From Tubiluchus corallicola (Eukaryota; Animalia; Priapulida), in contig JAQGDQ010000047.1 in NCBI GenBank assembly GCA_030141605.1, forward strand, positions 806,001 to 870,000: a stretch of DNA of 64,000 bases, written 5' to 3'. The position numbers were made by a program, and so were the translations under genes. Under the pieces are notes generated by a model. That model was not told the DNA's origin and ran no database searches. It saw only the letters and a list, made by a program, of their open reading frames with translations. Shown one piece after another: positions 39,361-52,790 of the stretch (position 1 is its first letter; each line of letters begins with the position of its first letter).

Positions 39361-39424
<64 letters not shown>

Positions 39425-39503
39425 TCTCCCTTCCCCCTCTCTCTCCCCTCCTGCCCGGCTCTCTTTCTTTCTTTCTCTCTCTCGCTCTTCTTCTCTTTCT
39501 CTT
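39355..39503. repeat. (TC)n microsatellite
   Basis: Directly visible. Confidence 0.95.
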
Positions 39504-41108
39504 TACTGCAGCTGATAGCTTCACTGAGCAGCGTAGCGCTTCTCAAGTTTTTCCATATAAATATTGTTAATATAAATGTTGTCAATGCTGTTAATGTGAA
39601 TGAAGACTAGTACTATTAAATTCAGCTTATTAAAAAAGCTTTACGTTATTTGTTATTTTATACTATTTATATAAGAATGTATTTTTTTCACTCGTAAATT
39701 TTCATTATCTCCAATGACGCACTAATTTGATCAAGTGTACAATCAAATGTACCTATCCTGTTAACCTATTAACCAAGCCTTAATTAAGGTACAACCGCTA
39801 TAAAGGTTCTTCAAAGTTAGTCCTTTATTGTCCCAACGGACTTAATAGAATAAAATTTTAGCCTTGCTTATTATTTCATACCTTGAGACTCTTAATAATA
39901 TTATACTGCAGTGCCCATTAAGATGTGAATAAGTACATTAAGTCTTAGTTAATCTATCCTGCCGTAACATATTTACTATTTCTGCTCTAAGGATCTTCTA
40001 GAATGTAAGCAAATCCGGGACGTTTCAAGGAGGTGTATTTATTATGCATCCCCGAGGGCTCGATCCAGTCCGGGAAATGTAATTTTGCGGGACGCGTTGG
40101 CTTTGTTCTGTCTGAGATTCACAAATTTAACCGTAATCGAAACAAAACATCGTGCAAGGAATAGCTTCACAAAACTGGGGTCGTTTTCAGTTCATTACAG
40201 AGATGAATGCGACAGGAATAGTCGTTAGTGTGGACTATATTTTAATCCGAAAACCGAGGTGCCAGATTACAAGCAGCTCTTTAATGCAATTAAAATTTCA
40301 TTGTCAAGCCTGCAATGGCGAAATTGAATCAGAAGTTCTTTTGAATGTCAATTGTTTATTGACAATACTGAAAGTCTGAAGTTTTGCAATACAGTCATGT
40401 GGTCAATGTTCTATATGGTAATGTAACTGAAAATGCAAAATTTCAGTAAAAAAAAATTCTGAATGTAAATTTGCGTCAGCGCTTTTCTTTTGAATATTCC
40501 ACTCACTTCTATGTGTGGCTAACAAATAAAGTTTAGTTTTCAGTAACAAGCAGTTTGTATAAACGGCATAAGAGCATATTAAAAAGGTCACAATTTGAAT
40601 AATTATTTGCTATTATTATTCTAAATTAGGCAGTGTATTTTTTTAAAAATATCTTGTCATCAACGTGTCTTGATGATGTCTTCCATTATGGAAGTCGAAA
40701 TATTAGGTTTTTGAGTATACATTCTACATTTCTTGTGTGAGCTGTTTATACATATTATTTGTTAGTGTTTTAAAGAAATGTCTATTAAAACGTTTTTTTA
40801 CTTATTAGCATTTCTTCTAAAAGTTGTCTTTCTGGTAAACTTTGCCATAGCTTACTTATACATGTATTAGCTGTACGGGTGATATTATGATGAAACAGAT
40901 AACAGTCTTGAATGATGATTATACCTGTAATCATTAACGTTTAAACTAAATATGGCCGAAAAAAAAAGAATGTCAAAAATTGGAACTGCCTGAGCAGAAC
41001 AGTTTCAACATATCATTGTGTTTTCTCGAAACTGTTTTTATTAGTATTATTAAATCAATATATTTCAACGAAAAAGAATGACTAAATTCAACGTTAATTT
41101 TGTTACAG

Positions 41109-41390
41109 AGCCTGAACCGCCAACTGAATTTACTGCCGAACATGTAACGTCAAATTCTGTGGAGCTAGTTTGGAGGCCACCGTATGGTGACATCACAAAT
41201 TACTTCATAAACTACAATGGATCAACCACTGAAACTTTAGTTGATGACGGCTTTGCCACTAGTCAGATAATAGAAAATCTCCAACCAGAAACAATTTATA
41301 GGTTCAGCATTGTGGCTTGCAACAGCGTAGGGTGTAGTCCAGAAGATGTCTTGTTGCAAAAGACGCATCCAAGCAGCACGGCTAAAATGG
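41109..41390 (+). CDS. Gene B exon 3: complete fibronectin type III domain 1
   Basis: TTTGTTACAG|...ATGG|GTAAGT; 282 nt, phase 1-1. PEPPTEFTAEHVTSNSVELVWRPP...NYFINY...IIENLQPETIYRFSIVACNSVGCS carries the FN3 consensus (W..P, Y.I.Y, L.P.T.Y, A.N..G.S). Confidence 0.95.
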
Positions 41391-41465
41391 GTAAGTACGT
41401 GAAATTAATCAAAGACAGTAACGGTTTTGTAAATAACACGCCGGCCTAACAATGACTCACTTAAT

Positions 41466-41600
41466 CGAATGAATGAATGAATGAAGAAATGAACGAACGA
41501 ACGAACGAATCGGTGAAAGAATGAACGAACGAACAAACTCACGATTGAACGATGAACGAGTGAACGAGTGAATGAATGAAACGAAAATGTAAATGAACCA
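41466..41600. repeat. (AATG)n/(AACG)n tract
   Basis: Directly visible. Confidence 0.9.
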
Positions 41601-41952
41601 GCTCGTTTATGTATTAGTAAATTAAATTACTGCATTAAAGAATGAATCGGCAAATAGAAAAGCAATCAGTAAATTAATGAATAAAAAACCTACTATTACG
41701 TAAATAATTTACGAAATATCGGCTTTTCTACTGCAGTAAATTACTTGAGCCAGCAGGTTCAAATTGCAAGTACCAGATTTTTCATGCCTTTCTTATTTTG
41801 TCACAAAATGCTGGGTCTTAATCACCTCTGCTAACAGTGTTAATGCGATGTAATCGCCCCAAAATTATGTAACTGATATAAAACGCATAACTTACCATAA
41901 CATTATGAGCTAGAAAGTACACTGTATGCGTATTTTTATGTTTTTTTAATAG

Positions 41953-42066
41953 AAAATAAAATTGACTATCCTGATCCGCCATCGAACTTACAGCTGTCGT
42001 TCGAGACCGAAGTGCGCAATAGAAGAAAGGTGATCAGAGGAACTGTATCATGGACACCACCAAAAA
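41953..42066 (+). CDS. Gene B exon 4: FN3 domain 2, strands A-B
   Basis: TTTTTTTAATAG|...AAAA|GTAAAT; 114 nt, phase 1-1; (E)NKIDYPDPPSNLQLSFETEVRNRRKVIRGTVSWTPPK. Confidence 0.9.
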
Positions 42067-43502
42067 GTAAATTAAGTTAAATCTTTCATGCAGTCGAACT
42101 TCAAAAATCAAAGTTTTCAGCAATAGGGTACAGATATCACGGTTTATTTCTCCCTATTAGAGAAATCCAGCCCGCATATAACAGAAACTACAAATCATTT
42201 TAGGGTAATGCTACTTAAAGATATCAAAAATATCACCAAGATACCCTCACACAATTGCTGACATTAAAAGAAGAGTGATCATATCATTTTTCTGGGTGCA
42301 AATTTGACTCATAATTTTGGGTCAACCTCGGAAAACGCTCAAATCTATGCAAAATGACTTCTCAAAAAACATTTTTGGAATTACTAAATAAAGTTGTCTA
42401 CATCTGATTGTCGGCTTGCTTATTTGTAAGATCGACTACGGCGTATTTCGCACATGCATCGCTGAAACGAAAATACGGAAAAAAATTGTTTTTGGCTTAC
42501 GCTAGAACGAACTGTTATTTCTTATGTTAAAACCTCACAGATTAAAGATCACGCGTCAAAATATGTATGGTGAAAACAAATGTAAGGTGTCCTATAAGTC
42601 ACTATACACTAATTTCTAATTTTCTTTTGAAATCTTTGTCCAATTTCGGCAAACTTAATTACATGAATCAAAAATAGCCTTGGACAATTTTATTTATTTT
42701 TTGACCAGAACCACGTTGCTATAGCGACGACACTAACGTTAGGAATAGGCCTAGTATGACTACCCTAGCCTTCGATCACGAACTGAAGTTCAACAGAGAT
42801 TCAGAGCAGACGGACCACGCTATTCTCCTGCTTTTAACAATGTTGTTTTATCACAAAGTGCGGGCCTTCCTCACCATTCATGGGCTGTGAAAGACATTCA
42901 AAATGCAAGATACCTGGCTTGCCATTGGATTGATCTCTAAACTTCTTGAAGGTCCCTGAAGAAGGTAGCGAAAACAGCAAAGCCTATTAGTGGAGTGGTT
43001 CTTCTCAATTTTTTTTTGTCAAATTTAACTAAAAGATTTGCCCAAGGTTTTAGTTCATCTGTACCAATTTTCAAATATTTTGCTTTGCTTGTTGAGAAAG
43101 CACAGAAAATGTAAAGTATAAAGTGACTTGTGAGACACCCTGCAGTTATAATCAAGGTAGTCAATTCTCTATCTTTGAGGTCAGAATATTAGAGATCAAG
43201 GTGAAAGACCACATTACCATATTTTTACGTTCAGCACAACAAGTGTTCTGTTGTACCAATGACTTAGAAAGGATATCAAAATTAGTTTGTGGTAGACAAC
43301 ATAGTTTGATTTTTGTGGATGGGGAGCGGGAGCACAGCAAAAAGTTGGCATCGTAAAGAATCCTAATACTCTAGGTTTTGCCAACAAATGTTGAGGCTAG
43401 GGTTTTTGGTTACTAGAACCGGAAAGACTACAAAAGGTAGGAAATTATGCCACAATATAAAATGATGTCCAATCATGTTGATAAGATTTTTTCTATTTGT
43501 AG

Positions 43503-43600
43503 ACACTCAGCATCTCATTAACTACGATCTCAGAATCCAATCAGACGATGACTGCCTTCATCCAATGATGTTGCACAAGTATGACAATGAGCTGTCAAAA
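43503..43600 (+). CDS. Gene B exon 5: FN3 domain 2, strands C-C'
   Basis: TTTTTCTATTTGTAG|...AAA|GTACGT; 98 nt, phase 1-0; (N)TQHLINYDLRIQSDDDCLHPMMLHKYDNELSK. Confidence 0.85.
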
Positions 43601-44066
43601 GTACGTAAAATACCATGTCATTGCCAATATTAGCAGCAAAAGAGTAACTCATCAATTTATCAATGTAAAATGCCTCTTACCTGAGATCGGAATACAAGTC
43701 AATGTCAATTATAGGAACAATTTGAACATAGGAATCACAATCCAAGGCCCTGTTCAAAGCCATTTCAAGATCTTTTAACAGCATATGGTAACTAGTCCAC
43801 AGACTAGTATCGGTCACTATTACCACCTATTCCACATGATTAGGTTTGTGGAGTATGTCCTATATAAGTATTAACTTACGTAGCATATACGCAACCAAAA
43901 CCTTAAAAAATGTCATGTGTAGAACTTGATCAGTTTTTTAATTCTTTGCAAGACAGAAATCAAGAAACCACAGAGTTTGAAAATATTACATTCCCCAAAA
44001 ATGCTCCAGCAATTCATGAATATTAAAGCGCCCAAACTTATGCACCTCCAAACGTTCATAGAGGTA

Positions 44067-44083
44067 ATGATGATGATGATGAT

Positions 44084-44114
<31 letters not shown>

Positions 44115-44119
44115 GTGAT

Positions 44120-44154
<35 letters not shown>

Positions 44155-44263
44155 TGGTGATGATGACGGTGATGATGATGATGATGATGATGACGACGAT
44201 GACGATGACGGTGATGATGATGATGATGATGATGATGATGACGATGACGATGACGGTGATGAT
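44067..44263. repeat. (ATG/ACG/GTG)n trinucleotide tract
   Basis: Directly visible; explains the poly-Met/Thr ORF 43926..44279. Confidence 0.95.
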
Positions 44264-44897
44264 AACCTGTGTATTATGATAACTGAATAGTATTAGCGTT
44301 GATTGTTTGTTGAAGTATCACTGATAATTTCATTGTCTTTCTTCACTTTTGCAGAATTGCTTTATGAAACTAAACAAAGTATTTTGATGCGCATTTACTT
44401 GCACGCATTAGCGCAATCAAAATTATAGCTGAAGCAGATTCTTGTTTATTGTAGCAGAATGTTCAACAAACCGAAATAAATTTGCTCATAATGTATTGAT
44501 AAAATCTGACATATTTCGGCAGCTAAAAGACAAAGACTCAAAAGGAATTGTTTACATAAACAAATGAACAGAATGGAGAGTATGCATAAGAATCTAAACT
44601 GCTCCAGTTTTGCTAAGAAGGAGCTAAAATGTTTGAAAAAAGTTCATACTTGACAGAATTTTTCAAGCAATTTTTGATATTTGTGGTAGGAAAAGACCGT
44701 ATAATAGACACTTAAAAAGGCGACAGCGTAATAACTAACCAGCCATTTATAAATGTGTTTTTAGAATGTGGTTCTTTACGAGACTGATGTGGCATTTTAT
44801 GTCAACTAACTAGGATAAATGTTTCATTGCTGCATTGGTAGTACTTGTGTGCATCTTCCTTCAGTTGCTAAAAGCCTTCAAATGTGTTTTCTTTTAG

Positions 44898-44981
44898 AAT
44901 TCATCGTCATATCTCATTCCTCACGACGAATCGATTAACAAACAATCCATCATTTATTTTGGATGCCAGTACCATGTCACT
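44898..44981 (+). CDS. Gene B exon 6: FN3 domain 2, strands E-F
   Basis: TTTTCTTTTAG|...ACT|GTAAGT; 84 nt, phase 0-0; NSSSYLIPHDESINKQSIIYFGCQYHVT. Confidence 0.88.
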
Positions 44982-47900
44982 GTAAGTATATTTCTAGTAT
45001 AACTTTAGCGCACAAACTTTTTTCGCAAAAATATATGAGGAAAGTTTTAAAACCTGTAAGGCCAGAAGGTTCACGAACATCAAAAACACTTTTGCACACA
45101 ATTACTTTTATAATAAACGCCGTTTTTCCTAGTAAGCAAAAGCTATGAGTAAACTCAGTCTGTATGAACAGCTTGTAAATCAATTTTGAGGTTGAAAAGT
45201 TATCAAAATATTTGCAGAGTCAGCTAGCACAATTTTTTAAAGCAATTATTTTTGGCTGTTAAGTTTTTCTTTCTTTTTCTCTTATATTTGTGATCATTTG
45301 TGACAAGTATACTGTAAACATAGCAGGAACTAAACTATGAATTTGAATGACGCCTTCGAGTGCTGCATGCATTTAAAATTTGTACGAATGATAACAGCTG
45401 AGTATGTTGCAAACCATGGTTTTTGTAAACTCCATGTATTGTGTACAGGCTATACCAGTGCTCTTCGAGTTTAAGTGGTTTCTTGTGTCTTATACACAGC
45501 ACAATTAAAATTTTTTGAAAGAGAAAAACGACGAAAAAATAAAGGATGTAATGGCAAGTTATACAATTAAAATGATTATTCAAGATAGAATAAATGCAAA
45601 CTCTAAAGCAGAAGTAAATACAAACATGAGTTCTTACTGCAGCTTTTTTGTGCGCATTAATTGAGAGTAGGCCTAATTTTTTCTGGAGTACTTTTGTTTT
45701 ATGTGTACTTTTACTTGTTTGGAATGTGTACAAGTCTCTTTACGCTTACTTTACTTTTTTTATATTTTCATGCGTTTGTGGGTTACTGAAACCAACGTGT
45801 TGACTGTTTGTGTGTGGGGGGAGCTGCAGCGGAGTTGTTAACATGCAAAATTGGCAAATTAGTTGATTATTTTATACATATAGAGACTAGACAAATCGAT
45901 AAAATCGCCATGCTACCAGATTGCCCGATATGGGTAGCGCTAGCGATGTGGAAGATCTCCGCATTTGCTGGAGAAAGTCGCCAGCATTTTCTACTGCGCG
46001 TGTGCGCGACAGTCGGCCGAAGAACGTTTATAATTTTTGTTTGCTATATGCACTGTCGAAAATTTCTTTTCGTCCGAAATTATTAAAATAGCGTTTAGTA
46101 GAACTTGTCCGAGGTTCTTGTGCAATATTGGTGCAGAGCTCATGCCAAGGCGGTACGCGCCGCCGTCGTACATGGTGAGGGGGAATATGGGGAAATCGAG
46201 GAAGCGCGAATGTCCTTTGTAGTGTCTGATTATGATTAACTAGCTAAAAGATAATTCATTTTCCGATTATGACTGACTAACTAAAACATTTTATTTTATT
46301 ATCCGTAAAACGTTAGTGCGTCATGTAGAAATTACAATATAAATTAAAAAATAATAGCTGCCCTGCAGAACGTTTCCCTGGGGGTTGTAGTGGGAAATTG
46401 TTTGGCGTTACATGGCGAAAAATTGTATTTTAAAACTAATTACGTTTTCTACACCGTGGTATCAATAGTGGATATCTTTTCTGGATTCTAATAACGTATC
46501 CGGGCGTCATCCTTTCTCGATTAGCAATCTTCTTGGCTTGTTTTCCGGAAACATGCAAGAAGAAATTGTTACTTGTTCCACAGTTTTGCGCTGAAGGCAA
46601 ATCAAGAAGTTCTGTTTTCAATCGATCAGACTTGATAGCTGAGGCCTGGATGGCAGGAATCGATAAGTACACATCGCTGTCGATGTCTCAGATGCTGTTA
46701 GACGTGAATCTTGCCCCGGGAAGAGCAGTAAACATGTTGAAAAACGAAATTTCCAAGGGTTTGAGGCGCTTCGGTGCACAGAAGAAGAGTTCAGAAAATG
46801 GTGGCGAAAGAAGGATTTTCTAGTACCCAATCGTAGAACTACTTTACTCTTAAAATCCTCTTAATCAGCTTTTTTTACAATACGAAAAATCGACGCTTTG
46901 GTAATTCTGCATACAAGCAAGTTCTACAGGATTTCATCTGGCGTATTGTTTCCGGGTTTTTACTTCTTTGAGTGGAAAGGTACATACTTATTTAAGATAC
47001 ATATCTGTCCAATGCCTTATCTTTATGGACCATTTTTAACGATTAGCTAGATTCCTGGCCCGGCACAATCGTCTGGTATAAGTAAGCCTGTATTCAGAGT
47101 GTTAATCGGAATAAAAAGCAAACCTCTAATTTTTTTATAGTTGTGGTACTAAGCTAATTTTTTTCAAATTCTTACTCTTACAATTCTACTTCAATCTAGT
47201 ATTTCACAGAGTAACTCTTGTTTATGATCACTTAATGTGCAATTAGCAGTTAGTCTGCGCGTTTTTTACTTTGGGTTTTAATTAAAATGCCCCAATTGTG
47301 CATATGGAAAAAGGATCTTTTTTTAAGTATCCGCCTTCGTGACCTTTCCCCCTCCCCTTCTCATCCACTTTGTTTCATTCGAAGGTTACGTCGAAGAAAG
47401 TTTAGTTTTTTCCCAAATTTTTCATTTTTTGTCTTTTAATTGCGTTTTTTACATATTAAGTTTATAATGCCATGTTTGGAGGCCTTCTTGTAATGCAACG
47501 CTAACGTTACAGTTCACGTAATGAGGGTGAACTTTTCCACGCACAATTAACCCGATATCCACGCTGTTATAGCGTGCATAATGCCACCATTTGATTCTAC
47601 TCGCCATAATGACGCTAGAGCGCCGCGCAAATTATTACTTGAAGATAACTTTCCACAACCCAGATCACTCATCCCAGAACAATATTGCAGGCATGGATTA
47701 GATTCTTGTTAATTTAAATCTTGTTAATTGAGCTTGTAGGAATCTGTAATCTGAGAAGAAGACATCTACAATGTGCCTATTAGCATTTTAGGATAAAAAT
47801 GATTTTTTTCCTATTTAATCGCTCACGTTTTGAAATTAAATTACAGACTAAAAACCGTCCTTCAAATGTGCCGTGACCCAAAACAAAATCCTGATATTAG

Positions 47901-49006
47901 TTAGTTCCTGATTGGCGTCATGGAGACGGGAATCATGGTTGTTTTAGTGGCGTAAGTTCAACACACTTGGCATAAGCCTTTCAAGGTTTTTTCAGCGCCA
48001 TAACTGCTTTTTTTAGGAATTCTGCCTGCAATTTCTGCGTATGAAGCTAGAAACTGCAACCATGGCGTCTTTTTCGCGCGTGGCTTGCATTTAAAATTGT
48101 TGCGTTTGAAGATTCTCATTAAAACCAGAGATTTACTTGGCGGATAGAAACGCGATCAGCGAGGCGTGACTCGTGTTTTTCCGAAGAGCTTCCCTCAGTA
48201 GATTTAGGGATTCTTGGGTCACGTGCTACGACAACACACACGGGTCACTGTTTGCAGCTGTCGTGTATATCTGCCGAAAACATTTCAGTTTACAACTTAG
48301 TCAGCTGTTTATCTTGATCGCGTTTGTTGTAACTGGGAAAAGTTGGGAAACTTGAGCCGGGAAGTCGCAGCTGGGACACCGCGTTCGCTATGTGCGGCAG
48401 GTGCCGTGGTACTTCAACTGTGACAGAGTCAAAAGACGAATAATGCCAAGGCTTAACTTCGAGGGTAGTGATGGGATAAATATATTTATTTTCATCATTT
48501 CACAGCAGTTATGTTATGTAGATCAACAGCAGTACTAAAGTTAATCATTACACACTCTGGCTTCTATTTGAATGGATGAGAGATGGTCGCATCCGTTAGT
48601 CTATAGCTGGAAATTAAGATATCGCATAAGCGCAATACTAAACTAAAAGTCTAGAAAAGCTTTTCACTCCACAGGCCCTGAGACTCAGTAGTGCATTGTT
48701 GAAATGGAGATATGTCTGCAGTCAGGATGAAGCTTTCTAAACCCATATGAGCGTTTGGGTATCTTGCTGATAATTATTCCTCTTAATAATCTGATTTAAG
48801 AAGAAGAACCAAGTTTCATTGTAATTTTGCCCAGGAGTTGCGTTAAACAGTTTTAGCGTGGTAAATGACTGACCAGAGTTATACGTTTTTTCACAGAATT
48901 TTCTCTTTTTTTGTATATCATTTTAAAAAAATTAAATTGTACATAATTCATTTATATTCTAATTTTTATTACATTATCATTAATTTCTCTCTCTTTTTTC
49001 TTCCAG

Positions 49007-49079
49007 TTAATGTCGGTGCCGTATCCTTACAGTAAGAATTCCGACAGTTATCAAGCCACATTGGATGTCAAAGTACCTG
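49007..49079 (+). CDS. Gene B exon 7: FN3 domain 2, strand G
   Basis: Strong polypyrimidine acceptor CTCTTTTTTCTTCCAG|; LMSVPYPYSKNSDSYQATLDVKVP(D); 73 nt, phase 0-1; donor CTG|GCAAGT (GC) is required for frame with exons 8 and 9. Confidence 0.82.
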
Positions 49080-49208
49080 GCAAGTATATGTGTTTTGTGC
49101 CAAAAGTCTGACTTTTTTAATTAATTACGAACTGAGGCGTTTCTAAGGTAGAAAACGTTAAGATAATTTTTTGTTCTTGCTCATGCCATCTTACATTGTT
49201 TATGTTTA

Positions 49209-49524
49209 TTTTAGTGGAAATTAACAAAATCGTGTTCTTTAACGTTGACGTGCAAAAACAAAACTACTTCCATGCGTTCGCTATCTAAGTTGCTATAACA
49301 GTTGTCTTAATTACTTAATCCTTGCTGCGAATACCTTTAGTGGTACATTTAAATTTCATTAGAATTCATTTAGTGGTACTCATTATTAAATGTACTAAAG
49401 TATTCGCAGCAAGGATTAAGTAATTAAAACAACTGTTATAGCAACTTAGATAGCGAACGCATGGAGTAGTTTTATTTTTGCACGTCAACAATAAAAAACA
49501 CGATTTTGTTAATTTCTACTAAAA
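49209..49524. repeat. Long inverted repeat (foldback/MITE-like hairpin, ~140-bp arms)
   Basis: 49209-49352 is the reverse complement of 49386-49524 with few mismatches, e.g. CCATGCGTTCGCTATCTAAGTTGCTATAACAGTTGT vs ACAACTGTTATAGCAACTTAGATAGCGAACGCATGG. Confidence 0.95.
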
Positions 49525-51453
49525 TTATGTAAAACTAAAAGCATATGTATCAATCTTATGATAACTAAATGCTGTAAATGTTTTATGGTACGAGGCAGGT
49601 TGCACTTGACACCATTAATTATTGTATTCAGTTGTATTTTACAAATTTTGATCACACTATTTGCACTCCTTACACATACGTTCAGCATGCATTATGCAAC
49701 AAAATAAAATTTTTTTGTTAAACTAAATTTTGTCACGAACTTTCATACTGTCTTTAGACCGATAACGACAGTGCCATTATCTTGCCCCGCATACCGTAAA
49801 ACCGGTGACATTGTCTTCGGCGATGTCTCCTGTTTGAAATATAGATCTCAAGTGCTTTCGGTTTCACATTAGCCTGTCACTGCAGCAGGCAAAGGTAGGC
49901 AGATGATAGCGAATACCACCATCTCCGGAGCGCTTCTGCAAGAAATCCGCTCAGCGTGTATGGGTTTCACCTTGGCATCTTAACTTGTGTCCCGGTATAT
50001 TTTTTTAGCAAGTGATGCGCTACAAGCCAGTAACTTATACCACCTAGCTAATTTTCATACCGAAGCGCGCGAAGGGCTCAATTTCCACTAAGCAACGCGG
50101 GCGCTTGCTGAGCGCCTCTACAAACATAGGCATTGTATGTCCCAAGAACGCCGAGGAAGAGGGGTAGGTTGCATGAAATTCAGCCCGAGACCTGATCTAT
50201 TTGATCTGATTCAAAGTGCTTTAATGAATATTAACCTTTGTGTAGCTTTGTTTATTGTTGAAAAATCTATTGCGCGTTGGTTTGCTTGATCCATCGATTA
50301 TTGACTACATTACTCCAATGACGCAATTTGATAAAGGTTAGTTGCCCCATTTTGCTTATAAACCGTTTCATGTTATCCGATCATAAATAAGCTAATAATA
50401 ATTCGCTGCTCGTTTACCCTACGCTGAGTTATTTCCAATTTTGCACTTTCAACTGTCTTTTAAAGTTTTCAGAGATAAACCCGCAAAAATCCGAAAGGTC
50501 AGTAGACAGGTTCGTTTATTTTGCAAGTAAGAACTGTCATCTTGTTATAGAGTAGTCGTGTAATTGACGAAGGTACCTAACTTGTAATTGCGCAAGATCT
50601 GACTAAGCAAATAAGTAAGCGAAGATAAGTATACACTGTAAACAACTAAGCAGAAATTGGAAAACCAGAAAAATTTCGTATGCCTGTAGTACTCAAACTT
50701 AGACTTTCAATCTTCTGGCAACTATGTCAAACCAAACTAGTCATTTTCCTATCAGCTTTTTAGGAATTTTAATTGTTTGACTATTTGAGTGAGCCAAGTA
50801 TAAATTAATCTGTCATAAAATCACAGGAAAGCGTTGGACGAGTTTAATTAAAAGTTGCAATTTTATTGTTTCGTGACATTGAAGCCAGAGGCCTGCAAAT
50901 TAGCTTCGTCTGTTTGTGTAAGCGCGTGTGTGCGTGCGTGCGAGCGAGATACTCGCTATTTTTCCTAATTATCTCATAATACTAGACTGGGTTTTCAGTG
51001 CGATGAATCAGGCTAATTCAAGTATAATGAGGGTGTATGGTACGCACAGGATACGGTGGGTTGACTTACAGAATGATGACTTCCACCTTCATTGTGGTCT
51101 GTAGAAACGTTAATTATGATGGCATCTTGGAAGACAAGTACGCTTCTAAATTTATGCAGCTTAATTCAGTTTTGTGTTTCCAACTCTGTTCTTCTTTTGC
51201 GAAGATTCTGTAGCTTTTAAACAGTTACGTGCTCCTTTTTGTAAGGTAGTTAATTCACTGGACGCATGTCATTTTTCAAATCCAAGCAAATATTGCTTTT
51301 GCGTTAAAATTTAAAAGAGTTCAGTACAGCTCAACGTAATAATAAGTTCTTGTTATAGGGATACAAATTCATATAATGAACTGTGTTGAACTGAGTAGGA
51401 TTTATCGCGAAAAGTGAATAATTTTTATTTTACTTAGCTTGAGAAGTTCAGTT

Positions 51454-51897
51454 CCCAACTCACACATGAAATCTTCTGTGTCTTTTTGGTGTATGTCTGA
51501 TTAATATATATTATGTCTATACACGAAGTATAGGTAATGGGTAAGAAATATAAGGAATTACAGGGAAGAAATAGCTGCTCTTTTAGTGGGATTTCTTGGG
51601 GACATTTGCTCTTGCTACGGGAAAAATTCCACGAGAAAATAAATTTATACTTATCTTGCAGCAGAATTAGTTTAAGTATTACATGAGTTACCGAGATTGT
51701 GAGATTGGCATACATGAAATCTTCTCTGTGTTTTTGGTGTAATATCTGATTATCCCATTACCCGAATTATAAGGAAGAAACTGTCAGCTAACTGCTCTTT
51801 TAATGGGAACTCTTCCTTGTTGGCTTACATTATTTATTACGTCATGCAGAACTGATCATAAAAAAGTCGATAACTCGAGCCCACGGGATTAGCTGGG
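51454..51897. mobile_element. Degenerate EnSpm/CACTA-like non-autonomous element with internal ~250-bp duplication
   Basis: Ends CCCAACTCA...TTAGCTGGG form an imperfect TIR. ACATGAAATCTTCT...TTTTTGGTGTA...CTGATTA and GGAAGAAA...CTGCTCTTTTA each occur twice (blocks start near 51464 and 51712). Confidence 0.45.
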
Positions 51898-52760
51898 AAA
51901 TCGCATTGGAGGGTGAATAAGCTTGCTAAACATATCCCCTGAGTGGCATTTCCTATAGAAGTAGATCGTTTTTTTTGACAATGCAAACAAGGTTTGTTAG
52001 TTGTTAGTTTTTATGATAAAATGTTTTTTGAGACGGAAAATATTTTAGCGAAGAAGCCAAAAACCCCTTCGCGGAATTATTTTTCCGGCGATAAATTCCA
52101 CGATAATCTTTTCTAGATTTTTGTTGGGTAATAAAATGCAATCGTGCCCTCATTTAGCTATTTTTTAAGTTTTATCGCATGTGTATCAGTTTTCGCTTTG
52201 TGGTTGTAATAGACGTCGTAAATGTAAGACGCGCTCCTATGACTGCATTTTCCAAAGTCTTGCCCAACATGGGCCAGCGGGTCTCCCGCACTAAGGGTCG
52301 CTTGGCATTCGCTCACAAGATAGACGGATTTTGAGCAAAAAAAACATGACTTCAGTTTCAATTTCACCTTTTATTTAGTTATTTATTATGTAAATGTTCG
52401 TGCTTGAGCAAATAGTACTGGCTTACATACAACTGGGCCCACTTTAAAATCTTCCCTGTGTGCGTAATTTGTCACCTGAGTGTTGGTAAAATTATGGCAT
52501 ACTAAATAAATACAAATCACTTAGCAAATCACGAAGTCTTTTTGAATGTTTTGAAAAGAATTTAAAGCTATATTTAAGTATTTTCCCACCTTACTCATTT
52601 TTCGTTAAAGCACTAAACAAATTCACGATTTCATAAACTATGTTGTAACAGCTCCGCGCCGGACAAAATTTTTTTCGTAAAGCTTAGAAAATGTTGATTT
52701 TGCTTACAACTTTGTAACACTATTGTCACTTTGTAACACTATGACGGCTTTTATTTTCAG

Positions 52761-52790
52761 ATTGTGTGTCTGGATTTTGCGGCTGTCCAG
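52761..52790 (+). CDS. Gene B exon 8: 30-nt Cys-rich linker microexon
   Basis: TTTTATTTTCAG|...CAG|GTAATT; phase 1-1; (D)CVSGFCGCP(V). Confidence 0.8.

Noticed and set aside
46436-46830. GC-richer block with short ORFs on both strands
   Set aside because: No recognisable transposase or cellular motif, and no phase-compatible splice sites for gene B.
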